From Brevibacillus sp. SYP-B805 (GTDB lineage Bacteria; Bacillota; Bacilli; Brevibacillales; Brevibacillaceae), in contig NZ_JAALGD010000020.1 of NCBI RefSeq assembly GCF_011059135.1, positions 1 to 64,000 on the forward strand: a stretch of DNA of 64,000 bases, written 5' to 3'. Under the pieces are notes generated by a model. The model made no database searches, was not told where the DNA came from, and saw only the letters and a list, made by a program, of their open reading frames with translations. Position 1 is the stretch's first letter. Every line of letters starts with the position of its first letter. The translations under genes and the position numbers were made by a program. This document shows positions 15,556 to 25,698 of this stretch, in pieces.

Positions 15556-15725
15556 GGACGGATGGACCACGAGGATCATCCGCTGGGAAGGGAGCACGGC
15601 CAAAGGCCTGCTCTTTTTTTCTGCCAGTTCATCCACCATGTACCACCCATTCATCGGCAGGAGTTTCTCTTGTTTTCACGAATTTTAGCAGGGTTGAAAT
15701 GCGGGTGAAATGGTGAGGTGAATTC

Positions 15726-16127
15726 ATGAATAAGCGTTGCAGCCGCTGTGGCAGCGAGATGCGCATCATGCTGCGCAATGTCGTCTACCGCAGCAAGGTA
15801 AGGATCAACCATGTTCCGGTTCATGTATGCCAGAATGAATACTGCTCTCATTCCCAGGTAGTAGACATCATAAAGGATGATTTGAAGAAGCTGATGAGCG
15901 ATTTGGGAACCCATCCCACACGGCAAGCCATAGAGTTCAAGGACATCTCCGAGTTTTCCAATGCACTTGTGCTGGTGGCCAATGAGCCGGAGGGGAGCAC
16001 CGCCAGAATCGTGATTGAAGAGCGGATCAATGAACTGCTGGATCTGTTTCTGCTGGCCCAATCCCTGGGTGACGAGGATTGGATCATGGATATCCGCAAA
16101 CGGCTAGTAGAGATCCAGTACGTGTAG
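15726..16127 (+). CDS. Hypothetical protein with N-terminal CxxC...C.....C zinc-binding motifs (133 aa).
   Basis: MNKRCSRCGSEM...HVCQNEYCSH. GGTGAGGTG upstream of the ATG. Confidence 0.35.
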   Translation: MNKRCSRCGSEMRIMLRNVVYRSKVRINHVPVHVCQNEYCSHSQVVDIIKDDLKKLMSDLGTHPTRQAIEFKDISEFSNALVLVANEPEGSTARIVIEERINELLDLFLLAQSLGDEDWIMDIRKRLVEIQYV

Positions 16128-16343
16128 CGATCGATCGGGCACCGTCCATACAGAGCAGCCATGCCCCCTGTCAGGCTGGCTGCTTTTGGTGTGCAAGCGT
16201 GTGAGGAAAGCGCTCCCGCGCCGGCATAACCGGAGCGTTTGGCGCTCTGCCGGGAGAGTGCTTTTTTTTGTTGGCCGCATGCGATATCTTTATACTGAGA
16301 AATCACATGCAGTGTTTGAAAGGGAAAGTGAGGAGAAAGCGCC

Positions 16344-16673
16344 ATGGCAACCATCAAGGAATTGCATTCAATCGACGAACTGGATGCTTTTGTGAGCGGG
16401 CCGGGAAAACGGCTGCTGTTCAAGCACAGCACGATTTGCCCGATCAGCAGCGCGGCCTACGAAGAGTTTCAATCGTTCCTGAACAGCCATGAGATGCCGG
16501 CGGCGGTCATTCTTGTCCGCGAAGATCGGCCGGTGTCCAACGAGGTCGCGGAGCGGTACGGCATCAAACATGAATCGCCGCAAATCTTTCTCTTGGAGGA
16601 TCAAGCGGTCAAGTGGCACACGTCGCACTGGAAGATCACCAGGGACGCGATCGCCCAGGCATTGGCCGAATAA
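16344..16673 (+). CDS. ytxJ: Bacillithiol-system thioredoxin-like protein YtxJ.
   Basis: ...LLFKHSTICPISSAAYEEFQ...ESPQIFLLEDQAVKWHTSHWKITRDAI contains the YtxJ TCPIS motif. The neighbouring aroA/ccpA synteny matches B. subtilis. Confidence 0.8.
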   Translation: MATIKELHSIDELDAFVSGPGKRLLFKHSTICPISSAAYEEFQSFLNSHEMPAAVILVREDRPVSNEVAERYGIKHESPQIFLLEDQAVKWHTSHWKITRDAIAQALAE

Positions 16674-16833
16674 GGAGGAGACATGCGGCTGGCGAAAGCG
16701 TTCCATGAGCTTTTTGAACAGGGAGACGCGGAATGATCGATCCGGTGTCCGCACGACCGGAACCGCCGATGCAGTAACAACCCGCCCGATGCGCCGGGCG
16801 GGTTGTTACATCATAAAGTAACCAAGAAAGTTT

Positions 16834-16948
16834 GGGGGCCCCCGCCCACACAATTTTTACAGGGGTCCCCAAAAAGTACTCGGATTAAGCTTCGAAGGTC
16901 AACGTCATTATTTGGGGTTTAGCCTAGCTTAAGTCGGCGGGGTTATTT
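16834..16948. repeat. GC-rich palindromic repeat with a type-II insert (R4).
   Basis: gggggcccccgcccacac...ggggtccccaaaaag...aagcttcgaagg...taagtcggcggggttattt. The insert is shared with the copy at 41950-42070. Confidence 0.6.
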
Positions 16949-19124
16949 ATTCCCAGAAGAGTTCCAGCTTGTCCCCGTTTTTCAATTCCGTTTGGAAAGA
17001 GGCGGGCTCGCCGTTGATCAGCGTCGTCAGCCGTGAAACACCCTCTCCTCTGGGCTTTTCAAGCGAGACATCCACATAGCGGAACACATCGCTGAACAGC
17101 GGGGCTTTCTCCCCCGGTGTTACTTTTACCGTGATGACCGCGCCATCATGGATCACCTCATCGGCAGAGACCGCCTTGCCATCCATGGTGATGGCGACTT
17201 GGGCGGTAGGCAGCGTCACGGGAATGCCGTTGAAGTGGACTTTGATCTCTTCCTGTACCCATTCTTCCGGCGGAATAATCTCTCTGACCGTCGGCAGCGG
17301 GAGCGCTTTGACCGCAAACGCCAGATGATCGCCCGAACGCACGCGCTCCGTGAAGGAAGCGGGACTGCCGTTCACCGACAGCTGGATGTCGCAGCGCGGC
17401 AGCGCGTAGTCCCGGCCGTTCAGGGTAAAGCGGACCTGGCTTGCGGAGGAATCCAGTTCGGCGGTATGGCCGGTTTCCCGCAGCACCTCTTCCACCGTGC
17501 GTGGCATCCGGATCTCCACAATATCCCGGTCCTGCAGCGGTGTGGAGAGCGGACACGCCTGGCCGTTGACCAGCGCGATCGGTCCCAGCCGGTGCGATTC
17601 CCCATTGATGAAGCATTCAAACAGCTCTTCTTCGTCGAGGAGGTCGCTGACCTGGACCCTGGCCTCGTCCCCGTCCCTGCCCGGCACCACCACGATGCTG
17701 TCGTTGTCGGCGATGGGGGTGTCCAGCGCGGCTGTTTCCCCGTTTCTGGTGATAATGGGCGGGGTGCCGTGGCCGCCGGGAATGATCTTCATGCGGCCGT
17801 TCACCGTCAGGGTCATCGCCAGACCCGGTCTGCCGTACAGGCGGCGAATATCCAGACCTGCCGCGATCAGGGCATCGCCCAGCGTCATTTTGCGCAGGTC
17901 GAAGATGCGGATCGGCGTCTCATTGACCGTCACCGTCACATACCTGATCGGATGGCGGCGGGCGGCGACGGCAATCCCGACAGGCGTCACGAACTCCGGT
18001 CCGTTGATAAGAGGATGGGTATCGACGAACTGCTGGATGGCATCGGCGCCGCGCACCGCGACGCGGTTTGCCGGAATCTCCAGCATGCCGGCCACCTTTT
18101 CGGTCAGCTTCGGTGTCTGGCTGCCGCCGCCGATCAGCATGACCGCTTGCGGGGGCTTGCCGTTCAACTCCAGGATTTTTTCGGCAATTTTTTGCGCCAG
18201 TTGGGTAATGTCGCTGTCAATGGCCGCTACGACCTCGGTGGAGGAGAGGGTGTGTTCCATTCCGAGAATATCCCGGAAGGTGACCGACTCGTGGGCAGTC
18301 AGCGCCCGTTTCACTTCCTCCGCCATGGGGAAGTCGAGCAGGAAGGCATTCATCAGGGCGTCCGTGATCTCGTCGCCGGCGACCGGCACCATGCCGTATG
18401 CGGTGATCGCCCCTTCCTCGGTAAGGGCGATGTCGGAAGTGCCCGCGCCGATATCGACCAGCGCGATGTTGAGCCGGCGCATGGTTACCGGGATCAAGAC
18501 GTTGATGGCGGCAATCGGCTCCAGGGTAAGGGCCTGCATGTCCAGACCGCAGCGTTTCAGCGCAGCCAGGAGCGAATCCACGACCACGCGCGGCAGGAAG
18601 GTGGCGATCACATCGATGGCCGCTTTCTCTCCGCGCTGGTCGATCAAGCTGCCGATCAGCTCGCCGTCCAGATAATAGTTGACCACGCTGTAGCCCACAC
18701 AATAGTAGCGGGTAACATCTTGTTCGTTCAACTCCTGGGCCAGCTGCGCCTGGGCCTCCTGCACGGCGGAAAACTCCAGGGTGAGCACGTCCTCCTTGCT
18801 GAAGGCGGTTTGCTTGGCGATCTCCATCTCCATGCGGACGCGGCGGGTCCTCAGCGAGCGTCCCGCGGCGGCGACGGCCACCCTTGTGAGCGGACCGTGC
18901 TTTTCTTCCAGGCGGGCTTTTACCTGGGAGATCACCTTGGCCACGGCCACCACATCGTGAATCTGTCCATCCAGCATGGAGCGTTCGCTGTGTTCCTGGA
19001 TGGCGCAGTCAATCACGCGAAACTTGTCGCCCACAGGCTCCACGATCAAGCCCACGACACTGCGGGTCCCGATATCTAAAGCAAATATTCTCTCTTGCGA
19101 ATCTTCTCGCGCGTCGTGTGACAA
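16947..19124 (-). CDS. Actin-fold ATPase of the FtsA/PilM/EutJ type with a long beta-rich C-terminal extension (725 aa).
   Basis: The N-terminal ~380 aa has ALDIGTRSVVGLIVE, DIGAGTSDIAL and IGGGSQTPKL, the ASKHA phosphate-1/2 and adenosine motifs. The C-terminal ~340 aa contains repeated ~80-aa segments. TTG start with AGGAGTGA upstream. Confidence 0.6.
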   Translation of the reverse strand: MSHDAREDSQERIFALDIGTRSVVGLIVEPVGDKFRVIDCAIQEHSERSMLDGQIHDVVAVAKVISQVKARLEEKHGPLTRVAVAAAGRSLRTRRVRMEMEIAKQTAFSKEDVLTLEFSAVQEAQAQLAQELNEQDVTRYYCVGYSVVNYYLDGELIGSLIDQRGEKAAIDVIATFLPRVVVDSLLAALKRCGLDMQALTLEPIAAINVLIPVTMRRLNIALVDIGAGTSDIALTEEGAITAYGMVPVAGDEITDALMNAFLLDFPMAEEVKRALTAHESVTFRDILGMEHTLSSTEVVAAIDSDITQLAQKIAEKILELNGKPPQAVMLIGGGSQTPKLTEKVAGMLEIPANRVAVRGADAIQQFVDTHPLINGPEFVTPVGIAVAARRHPIRYVTVTVNETPIRIFDLRKMTLGDALIAAGLDIRRLYGRPGLAMTLTVNGRMKIIPGGHGTPPIITRNGETAALDTPIADNDSIVVVPGRDGDEARVQVSDLLDEEELFECFINGESHRLGPIALVNGQACPLSTPLQDRDIVEIRMPRTVEEVLRETGHTAELDSSASQVRFTLNGRDYALPRCDIQLSVNGSPASFTERVRSGDHLAFAVKALPLPTVREIIPPEEWVQEEIKVHFNGIPVTLPTAQVAITMDGKAVSADEVIHDGAVITVKVTPGEKAPLFSDVFRYVDVSLEKPRGEGVSRLTTLINGEPASFQTELKNGDKLELFWE

Positions 19125-19352
19125 ACGGCGTCACTCCTAACCAAACAGGGTTTGCATCTGCCTAATTATTCTACCTTTGTGCGGCAGAATCCTGTCGAAT
19201 GGCGGCGGTAACTTTTCCGGAGATTGAAAGCGCTACAAAATTCTTTACAATACACTTTCGCGCTTTTTGGTGCTAAAATACTGACAAAGACGTTGCCATT
19301 TACTATAATAATCACAACTTTTTGATGAGACATGAGAGAGGTGGAGAGACAG

Positions 19353-20450
19353 ATGAGCCATGATCAAATCGAGAGCTTGCGCAGGCAGGTGGACAGCATC
19401 AACCTGCAGATTCTCGAACTGGTGAACAAGCGCGCCGAGCTGGTGCAGGAACTGGGCAGGGAGAAGCTGAAGCAAGGTATCAACCGTTTCGATCCGGAGC
19501 GGGAGCGCCAAATGCTGAACCTGCTGGTTGAACATAACAAGGGGCCGTTTTCCGACAACACCATTCGCCATCTGTTCAAGCAGATTTTCCAGGCGTCCCT
19601 TGATCTGCAGAAGGATGACAACAAGAAGGTGCTGCTTGTCAGCCGCAAGAAGAAGGCGGAAGACACGGTCATTACCGTCAAGGGCGTGGAGTTTGGCGGT
19701 GCCGCTCCCATCCTTATCGCAGGGCCGTGTTCGGTGGAAAGCTACGAACAGGTAAGAGCGGTGGCGGAAAACCATGTCAAGCGCGGACTGCGTGTGCTGC
19801 GCGGCGGCGCATACAAACCGCGGACCTCGCCGTACGATTTCCAGGGACTCGGCGTGGAAGGGCTGGAGATCCTGAAGCGGATCGGCGACGAGTTCAACCT
19901 CGTGACGATCAGCGAGATCGTTACGCCGGCGGATCTGGAAATGGCGACCCAGTATATCGATGTCATCCAGATCGGCGCCCGCAACATGCAGAACTTTGAA
20001 CTGCTGAAAGCCGCAGGCCGTCTGAATCATCCGATCCTGCTGAAACGCGGGCTGTCGGCAACGATTGAAGAGTTTATCTACGCCGCCGAGTACATTCTGG
20101 CGGAAGGCAATACACAGGTGATGCTGTGCGAACGCGGCATTCGGACCTATGAAAAGGCGACCCGCAATACGCTGGATATCTCGGCGGTGCCGCTCCTGAA
20201 ACAGGAGACGCACCTGCCGGTTTTCGTGGACGTCACCCATTCCACCGGCCGCCGCGATCTGCTGCTGCCGACCGCAAAAGCGGGCCTGGCCGTCGGTTCG
20301 GACGGCATCATGGTGGAGGTGCACCCCGATCCGGACGTAGCCCTCTCCGATGCCAAACAGCAGCTGAACATTCCGCAGTTCAACGTGTTCCTGGATGAGC
20401 TGCTCAAATCCGGGCTGTACAAGGCGGAAACGCTTGCCTCCACCCGGTAG
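19353..20450 (+). CDS. aroA: Bifunctional chorismate mutase / 3-deoxy-7-phosphoheptulonate (DAHP) synthase (AroA(G) type).
   Basis: The N-terminal AroQ chorismate mutase helix pair has [23 protein letters not shown]. It is followed by the DAHP synthase I-beta domain (IAGPCSVES...[10 protein letters not shown]...KRGLSAT). Its position upstream of ccpA matches B. subtilis. Confidence 0.85.
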   Translation: MSHDQIESLRRQVDSINLQILELVNKRAELVQELGREKLKQGINRFDPERERQMLNLLVEHNKGPFSDNTIRHLFKQIFQASLDLQKDDNKKVLLVSRKKKAEDTVITVKGVEFGGAAPILIAGPCSVESYEQVRAVAENHVKRGLRVLRGGAYKPRTSPYDFQGLGVEGLEILKRIGDEFNLVTISEIVTPADLEMATQYIDVIQIGARNMQNFELLKAAGRLNHPILLKRGLSATIEEFIYAAEYILAEGNTQVMLCERGIRTYEKATRNTLDISAVPLLKQETHLPVFVDVTHSTGRRDLLLPTAKAGLAVGSDGIMVEVHPDPDVALSDAKQQLNIPQFNVFLDELLKSGLYKAETLASTR

Positions 20451-20577
20451 GGAAGCGGGCCATTGACCATACAGGCTTTCTTGTCAAAAGAAAGCCTGTA
20501 TTTTTTTGCGGGGCTTCTGATATACTAGAGGGGGGTATTATGCAATCGTTTGATCATCCATCCGGGAGGGAGCGCGC

Positions 20578-20922
20578 ATGCCAGGCGAACAGCTGGAAGA
20601 GATGCAGGACATGGAGGAATGCAGCCACTGCGGCACCATGCATCTGAAGTCAACACCGCATTCCGACAAGGTGAAGGCCAATCTGACCGCACGGCTGAAC
20701 AGGATCGAAGGTCAAATCAGGGGAATCAAGGGCATGATTGAGAAGGACGTCTATTGCGACGATATCCTCAACCAGATTGCGGCGGTTCAATCCGCCCTCA
20801 ATTCCGTAGGCCGGATGCTGCTGGAAGGCCACATGAAAAGCTGTGTCATCGAGAGAATCCAGCAGGGCGATCATGATGTGATCGACGAACTGTTGAAAAC
20901 CATGCACAAGCTCATGAAGTAA
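20578..20922 (+). CDS. CsoR/RcnR-family metal-sensing transcriptional repressor.
   Basis: ...RLNRIEGQIRGIKGMIEKDVYCDDILNQIAAVQSALNSVGRMLLEGHMKSC has the C..H..C metal-binding triad. The true start may be an internal Met. Confidence 0.7.
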   Translation: MPGEQLEEMQDMEECSHCGTMHLKSTPHSDKVKANLTARLNRIEGQIRGIKGMIEKDVYCDDILNQIAAVQSALNSVGRMLLEGHMKSCVIERIQQGDHDVIDELLKTMHKLMK

Positions 20923-21079
20923 GGAGGATCCCCTTCGTCCGAGAGGCAGAAGGGGATTTTGCCTGTTTTGAAGTGAAAGGAAACGCTTGCAACGGCCAAA
21001 AGCTTGTCGTATCATATTTGCTATACATTTATGAAAATAAAAATGAAAGCCAGAAATTGGAAGAAAGTGAGGTATCGCG

Positions 21080-22081
21080 ATGCCGGTAACAATCTATGAT
21101 GTAGCAAGAGAAGCGGGCGTTTCCATGGCGACGGTTTCCCGGGTGGTGAACGGTAATCCCAACGTGAAACCGACGACCCGCAAGAAAGTCATGGCTGCCA
21201 TCGAACGGCTCGGCTATCGCCCCAATGCAGTGGCCCGGGGATTGGCAAGCAAGCGAACGACGACGGTCGGGGTCATCATCCCGGATGTTTCCAGCCTGCT
21301 GTATTCCGAATTGGCGCGCGGTATTGAGGATATCGCGACCATGTACAAATACAACATCATCCTCTGTGACTCCGACCAGCGTCTGGAGAAAGAGCTGCAG
21401 CTGATCAACACCCTGCTGGAAAAGCAGGTGGATGGCCTTCTGTTCATGGGAGCGGAGGTAAAGGAGGATCACCTGCACGCCTTCTCCACCGCCACCGTTC
21501 CCACCGTGCTTGCGGCCACCAGAGACCCGGACAATATCCTGCCGGCCGTCTCGATCGATCACTTCCAGGCTGCCTATGATGCCACCCAAGCGTTGATCGC
21601 GCGCGGCCACAAGCGCATCGGCATGATCGCGAGCCCGCCCAGCGATCCGCTGGGCGGCCTGATGCGGCTTGAGGGGTACAAGAAAGCGCTGGCGGACGCC
21701 GGCATCCCCGAGGACGAGGAACTGATCGTCAGCGGCAACTACCGCTATGATTCCGGCCTGCGGGGGATGGCGTCGTTTTTGAAGCTGTCCGCACCGCCAA
21801 CCGCTGTTTTTGCGGCCAGTGACGAGATGGCGATCGGCGCGATCCATGCGGTTCAGGACGCGGGGCTGTCCGTGCCGGATGATATCGAGATCATCGGGTA
21901 TGACAACATTCGTCTGGCCGAGATGGTGCGCCCGCGGCTGACCACGGTCGTCCAGCCGATCTACGATATCGGGGCGGTCGCAATGCGCCTGCTGACCAAG
22001 TACATGAACAATGAGCATGTGGAAGAGCATGTTGTCCTGCTGCCGCATCGGATCGAGTTCCGGGAGAGCACGCGCAATTGA
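21080..22081 (+). CDS. ccpA: Catabolite control protein A (LacI family).
   Basis: [37 protein letters not shown] is near-identical to the CcpA HTH. The full periplasmic-binding-protein fold follows. Context is aroA upstream. Confidence 0.9.
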   Translation: MPVTIYDVAREAGVSMATVSRVVNGNPNVKPTTRKKVMAAIERLGYRPNAVARGLASKRTTTVGVIIPDVSSLLYSELARGIEDIATMYKYNIILCDSDQRLEKELQLINTLLEKQVDGLLFMGAEVKEDHLHAFSTATVPTVLAATRDPDNILPAVSIDHFQAAYDATQALIARGHKRIGMIASPPSDPLGGLMRLEGYKKALADAGIPEDEELIVSGNYRYDSGLRGMASFLKLSAPPTAVFAASDEMAIGAIHAVQDAGLSVPDDIEIIGYDNIRLAEMVRPRLTTVVQPIYDIGAVAMRLLTKYMNNEHVEEHVVLLPHRIEFRESTRN

Positions 22082-22096
22082 GGAGGAGGCTGTCAA

Positions 22097-23017
22097 ATGC
22101 GAGTTGGCATTATCGGCGCGATGGATGAAGAGATCGCGCTTTATCTGGAAGGCATGCAGGAGACGAAGGCTGTCACGAAGGCCGGTATTACCTATTATGA
22201 AGGGACGTTGGAAGGCCGGGACGTGGTGCTGTGCAAATCGGGCGTGGGCAAGGTGAACGCCAGCGTCTGCACCCAAATCCTGATCGACCATTTTCAGGTG
22301 GAGAAAGTGATTTTCACCGGTGTGGCCGGGGCCGTCCACCCTGCGCTCAACATCGGCGATATCGTGGTGTCGAGGGATTGTCTGCAGCATGATATCGATG
22401 TGACCGCGCTGGGCTTCCAGCCGGGCCAGATTCCGTTTACCGACCGCTGGATATGGGAAGCGGATCCGGAGTTGATCCAGCTTGCCGTCCGGGCGGGCGA
22501 ACAGGTGGATGAAGGGGTAAGCATCGTCACCGGCCGCATCCTGTCGGGCGACCAGTTCGTCGCCGACAGGGAGAAGGTGCAGCGGTTTTACGAGCAGTTC
22601 GGCGCCCACTGCACCGAGATGGAAGGGGCCGCGGTGGGGCAGGTATGCGCCATGAACGGTATTCCGTTCGTCGTAGTCCGCTCCATGTCCGACAAGGCGG
22701 ATGGTTCCGCCCACGTCAATTTCGTCGAATTTACCAAGCTGGCATCCCAGCGTTCGTATGCGATCGTGGTAAACATGCTGCGCCATCTCGCGGCAGGGGC
22801 GATCGTCTACTCGACCCAAGGGTGCATCGAATGCGACATGGTGAAGAAATGGCTGACGGAGAAAGGGATCGCCTTCGAAGTGCGGGACGTGATGGCAAGC
22901 AGGGCCTACCAGGAAGAGGTGGAGCGCTTCGGCTTCCTCGGCGTGCCGGTCACCGTGGTTGGGGAGAAGGCGGTCAAGGGCTTCGATCCGCAGGAATTGG
23001 AGAAGTTGTTTGCATAA
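22097..23017 (+). CDS. mtnN: 5'-methylthioadenosine/S-adenosylhomocysteine nucleosidase fused to a C-terminal glutaredoxin/NrdH-like domain (306 aa).
   Basis: MRVGIIGAMDEE...TEMEGAAVGQVC...VVRSMSD is the MtnN fold (residues 1-230). It is followed by IVYSTQGCIECDMVKKWLTEKGIAFEVRDV...GVPVTVVGEKAVKGFD, a CxxC thioredoxin-fold domain. Confidence 0.8.
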   Translation: MRVGIIGAMDEEIALYLEGMQETKAVTKAGITYYEGTLEGRDVVLCKSGVGKVNASVCTQILIDHFQVEKVIFTGVAGAVHPALNIGDIVVSRDCLQHDIDVTALGFQPGQIPFTDRWIWEADPELIQLAVRAGEQVDEGVSIVTGRILSGDQFVADREKVQRFYEQFGAHCTEMEGAAVGQVCAMNGIPFVVVRSMSDKADGSAHVNFVEFTKLASQRSYAIVVNMLRHLAAGAIVYSTQGCIECDMVKKWLTEKGIAFEVRDVMASRAYQEEVERFGFLGVPVTVVGEKAVKGFDPQELEKLFA

Positions 23018-23188
23018 GAGGCATGAAAGGCTCTTGCCGCGATGGCAGGAGCCTTCGTGTATAGCCAAGGTCGGTCCGTCATGGGGAGCTAAACAGCCCA
23101 GTATGAGCGATCCGATTGTAAGGAAGCAGCTCCTGGATCGGTAAGAAAAGAACTGTCAAACTATAATGAAAAATGGAAGGGATCGAAG

Positions 23189-24280
23189 ATGTTCGAGAGG
23201 AAAATACGTTTCGCGGTCGTAGGATTGGGCAATATCGCCCGCACGCATGTGGTGGCGCTTCGGGCGCTTCCTATCATCAAGCAGCTGCCGTATCTGCCTG
23301 TGCTGGATACCCTGGTGACCCGCCATGTGGAGGCCAACCGGGAGCAGGCACTTGCCATGGGATTCGCCCATGTGACCGATTCGCTGGAAGACGCGTTGGC
23401 ATCCCGGGAACTCGATGTGGTTGACATCTGTACCCCCAATGCCCTGCATCTGGAAGCGGCGCGGGTTGCGTCCGCCTACGGCAAAGCCATCTACTGTGAA
23501 AAGCCGCTTGCCGACACAGTTGAGCGTTCGCGCATCCTGGCGGAAGGGGCGGCGGCGGGCATCCCGCATCAAGTGGCGCTCGTCTATCGCTACCATCCGG
23601 CCGTGATCCGCATCCGGGCCGCCCTCAAGCAAGGTTTGATCGGCGATGTGCTGCAGTGCCGCGCCTCCTATCGCCGCTCCGGGTATTTGTCCCTTGACCG
23701 GCCGATCAGCTGGCGGCTGGAGAGCGGCTTGTCCGGCGGCGGTGCCCTCACCGACTTGGGCGTGCATGTGCTGGATCTGATCCGCCATCTGCTGGGGGAG
23801 GCGGCGGCGATTTCAGGCCGGACCCATACTTTTGTCAAGAAGAGGCCGAAGAACCGGGAAAGAACGGAATGGGTGGAGATGGAGGTGGACGACTGGGCGC
23901 AGATGCATCTGACGCTTGCCACGGGCGTGGAGGCGATCGCCGAAGTATCGCGCATCGCCTGGGGGGCGGAAGGCTTCGATCTGGAGATCATCGGTACGGA
24001 GGGCAGCATCGTGTGTGATCTGGAGAAGTCGTATCGGCCCACGGTCAAACGGTTGGACGGCAGTACGCCCCCTCTGCCGAATCCACCGGAGCTGGCCTTG
24101 TGCCCCGACGAGAAAACCACCATGGGCATGGGCGTCGATTGCCATCTGGCCGCCTTGAACCATTTCCTGCATCGCCTGATGGGAGAGGACCGCTGGGGGA
24201 ACGGCTTGGCACCCGGCTTGGAAGATTGTTTGCGGGTGGAGGAATGGATCGAACAGGTGACCCAACACAACCCGGCGTAG
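23189..24280 (+). CDS. Gfo/Idh/MocA-family NAD(P)-dependent oxidoreductase.
   Basis: IRFAVVGLGNIARTHV...VVDICTPNALHLEAA...AIYCEKPLA. Confidence 0.8.
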   Translation: MFERKIRFAVVGLGNIARTHVVALRALPIIKQLPYLPVLDTLVTRHVEANREQALAMGFAHVTDSLEDALASRELDVVDICTPNALHLEAARVASAYGKAIYCEKPLADTVERSRILAEGAAAGIPHQVALVYRYHPAVIRIRAALKQGLIGDVLQCRASYRRSGYLSLDRPISWRLESGLSGGGALTDLGVHVLDLIRHLLGEAAAISGRTHTFVKKRPKNRERTEWVEMEVDDWAQMHLTLATGVEAIAEVSRIAWGAEGFDLEIIGTEGSIVCDLEKSYRPTVKRLDGSTPPLPNPPELALCPDEKTTMGMGVDCHLAALNHFLHRLMGEDRWGNGLAPGLEDCLRVEEWIEQVTQHNPA

Positions 24281-24340
24281 CTTAACCGCCGGGTTGTCGA
24301 ACGTTTCCATTCTGTAAAGCGCCAAAACGAAGTTGGAAAA

Positions 24341-24545
24341 TCTGGGGATGGTTGGGCCCCCGCCGACAACAGCAAGAGACTCCGCCTGGCAAAGCGTTCG
24401 CTGGCACCGAGTGGGGTGGAGCGTTAGCATTAAGACGGCGGGGTATGGTAGGGGGCCTACCCGGCGCAGGGAGGGACCCCACTCGGCAAAGCATTAGCTG
24501 GCGCCGAGTGGGTAGAGCGATAGCTCAGGCCGGGTGGGGTTTCTT
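24341..24545. repeat. Two tandem nested palindromic repeats of the GC-rich family (R6).
   Basis: gggcccccgccgacaacagcaag...ggcaaagcgttcgctggcaccgagtgggg...gacggcggggtatgg, then gggggcctacccggcgcaggg...ccactcggcaaagcattagctggcgccgagtggg...caggccgggtggggtttc. It lies between convergent genes. Confidence 0.6.
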
Positions 24546-25698
24546 ATCCCTGCGGCGCGTGCAGCAGCGCCCGTTCCGCCATGATGCGGTTTTTCTCCGT
24601 GATTTCCCGGCGGCGTGGAATCACCGGCAGCTGCTCCGCATCATCGAACAGGCGCTCGGGCAGGGGAACATCGCTCTCCTGCGACCAGCGCTCCCGCCAT
24701 CCGGCGGGCAGCGGCCCGTCTTCCAGCGGCTGGTCCGTCATTTCGCTCCACAGCAGCGTCCAAGCCCGCGGAACCACCCGCCAAATGTCATAGCCGCCTC
24801 CTCCTACGGCGATCCACCTGCCGCCGCACAGCTCATGGGCCAGCTGGTGAGCCAGGCGGGGGATTTGCTGGTAGATGCCGATCGAACAGGAGAGGTGGGT
24901 CAGCGGATCGTAGGCATGGGCATCGCAGCCGTTTTGCGTCACGATCACATCCGGCTTGAACCCGCGAGCCACCTTGGGCACGACTTCGCGGTACACCTCC
25001 AGAAACGAGTCATCCTCGGTAAAGGCATCCAGCGGTACATTGACCGTATAGCCGTAACCTTCCCCCGTTCCCCGCTCGGACAGGTCGCCGGTACCCGGGA
25101 ACAGATACTTGCCGGTCTCATGAATGGAGACGGTAAGCACATGGGGGTCATCGTAAAACGCCCACTGGACGCCGTCCCCGTGATGGGCGTCCGTATCGAT
25201 GTAGAGCACGCGCGCGTCCCAATGTTTGCGCAGGTAGGCGATGGCGACGGAGCAGTCATTGTAGATGCAAAAGCCGGATGCCCGTCCGCGGAAAGCGTGA
25301 TGCAGCCCGCCCGCCGGATTGAACGCATGGTCGGCTTCCCCGTTCATGACAAGATCGACCGCCTGCAGCGTCCCTCCGACGATCAGCGAGGCCGCTTCAT
25401 GCATCCGGGGAAAGCAGGGGACATCCTCCGTGCCCAGGCCGTGGCTCGCCGCTGTGGGCAGTTCGCTTGCGCTGTGTCCCTGCGCGCGCACCGTCTCGAT
25501 ATACTGGCGGTCGTGGATGAGGGCCAACTCCTCGTCGGTGGCAGAGCGGGGAGGCACGATGTCCTCCGCGCGCAGCAGCCCGTAACGGGTGAGCAAATCA
25601 TGGGTCAAGATCAGCCGGCGCTGGTTGAAAGGATGTTCTTTGTGAAAATAGTAGGCGGTATAGTCGGGTGAGTAGATCAGGCGGGAGCGTCGGCTCAA
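24544..25698 (-). CDS. acuC: Acetoin utilization protein AcuC (histone deacetylase-family deacetylase).
   Basis: ...DTDAHHGDGVQWAFYDDPHVLTVSIHE... is the HDAC fold. It is the third gene of acuABC. Confidence 0.85.
   Translation of the reverse strand: MSRRSRLIYSPDYTAYYFHKEHPFNQRRLILTHDLLTRYGLLRAEDIVPPRSATDEELALIHDRQYIETVRAQGHSASELPTAASHGLGTEDVPCFPRMHEAASLIVGGTLQAVDLVMNGEADHAFNPAGGLHHAFRGRASGFCIYNDCSVAIAYLRKHWDARVLYIDTDAHHGDGVQWAFYDDPHVLTVSIHETGKYLFPGTGDLSERGTGEGYGYTVNVPLDAFTEDDSFLEVYREVVPKVARGFKPDVIVTQNGCDAHAYDPLTHLSCSIGIYQQIPRLAHQLAHELCGGRWIAVGGGGYDIWRVVPRAWTLLWSEMTDQPLEDGPLPAGWRERWSQESDVPLPERLFDDAEQLPVIPRRREITEKNRIMAERALLHAPQG

Noticed and set aside
17148-19079. 643-aa and 392-aa plus-strand ORFs.
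   Set aside because: They are antisense or alternate-frame to the FtsA-like ATPase gene. No motifs.
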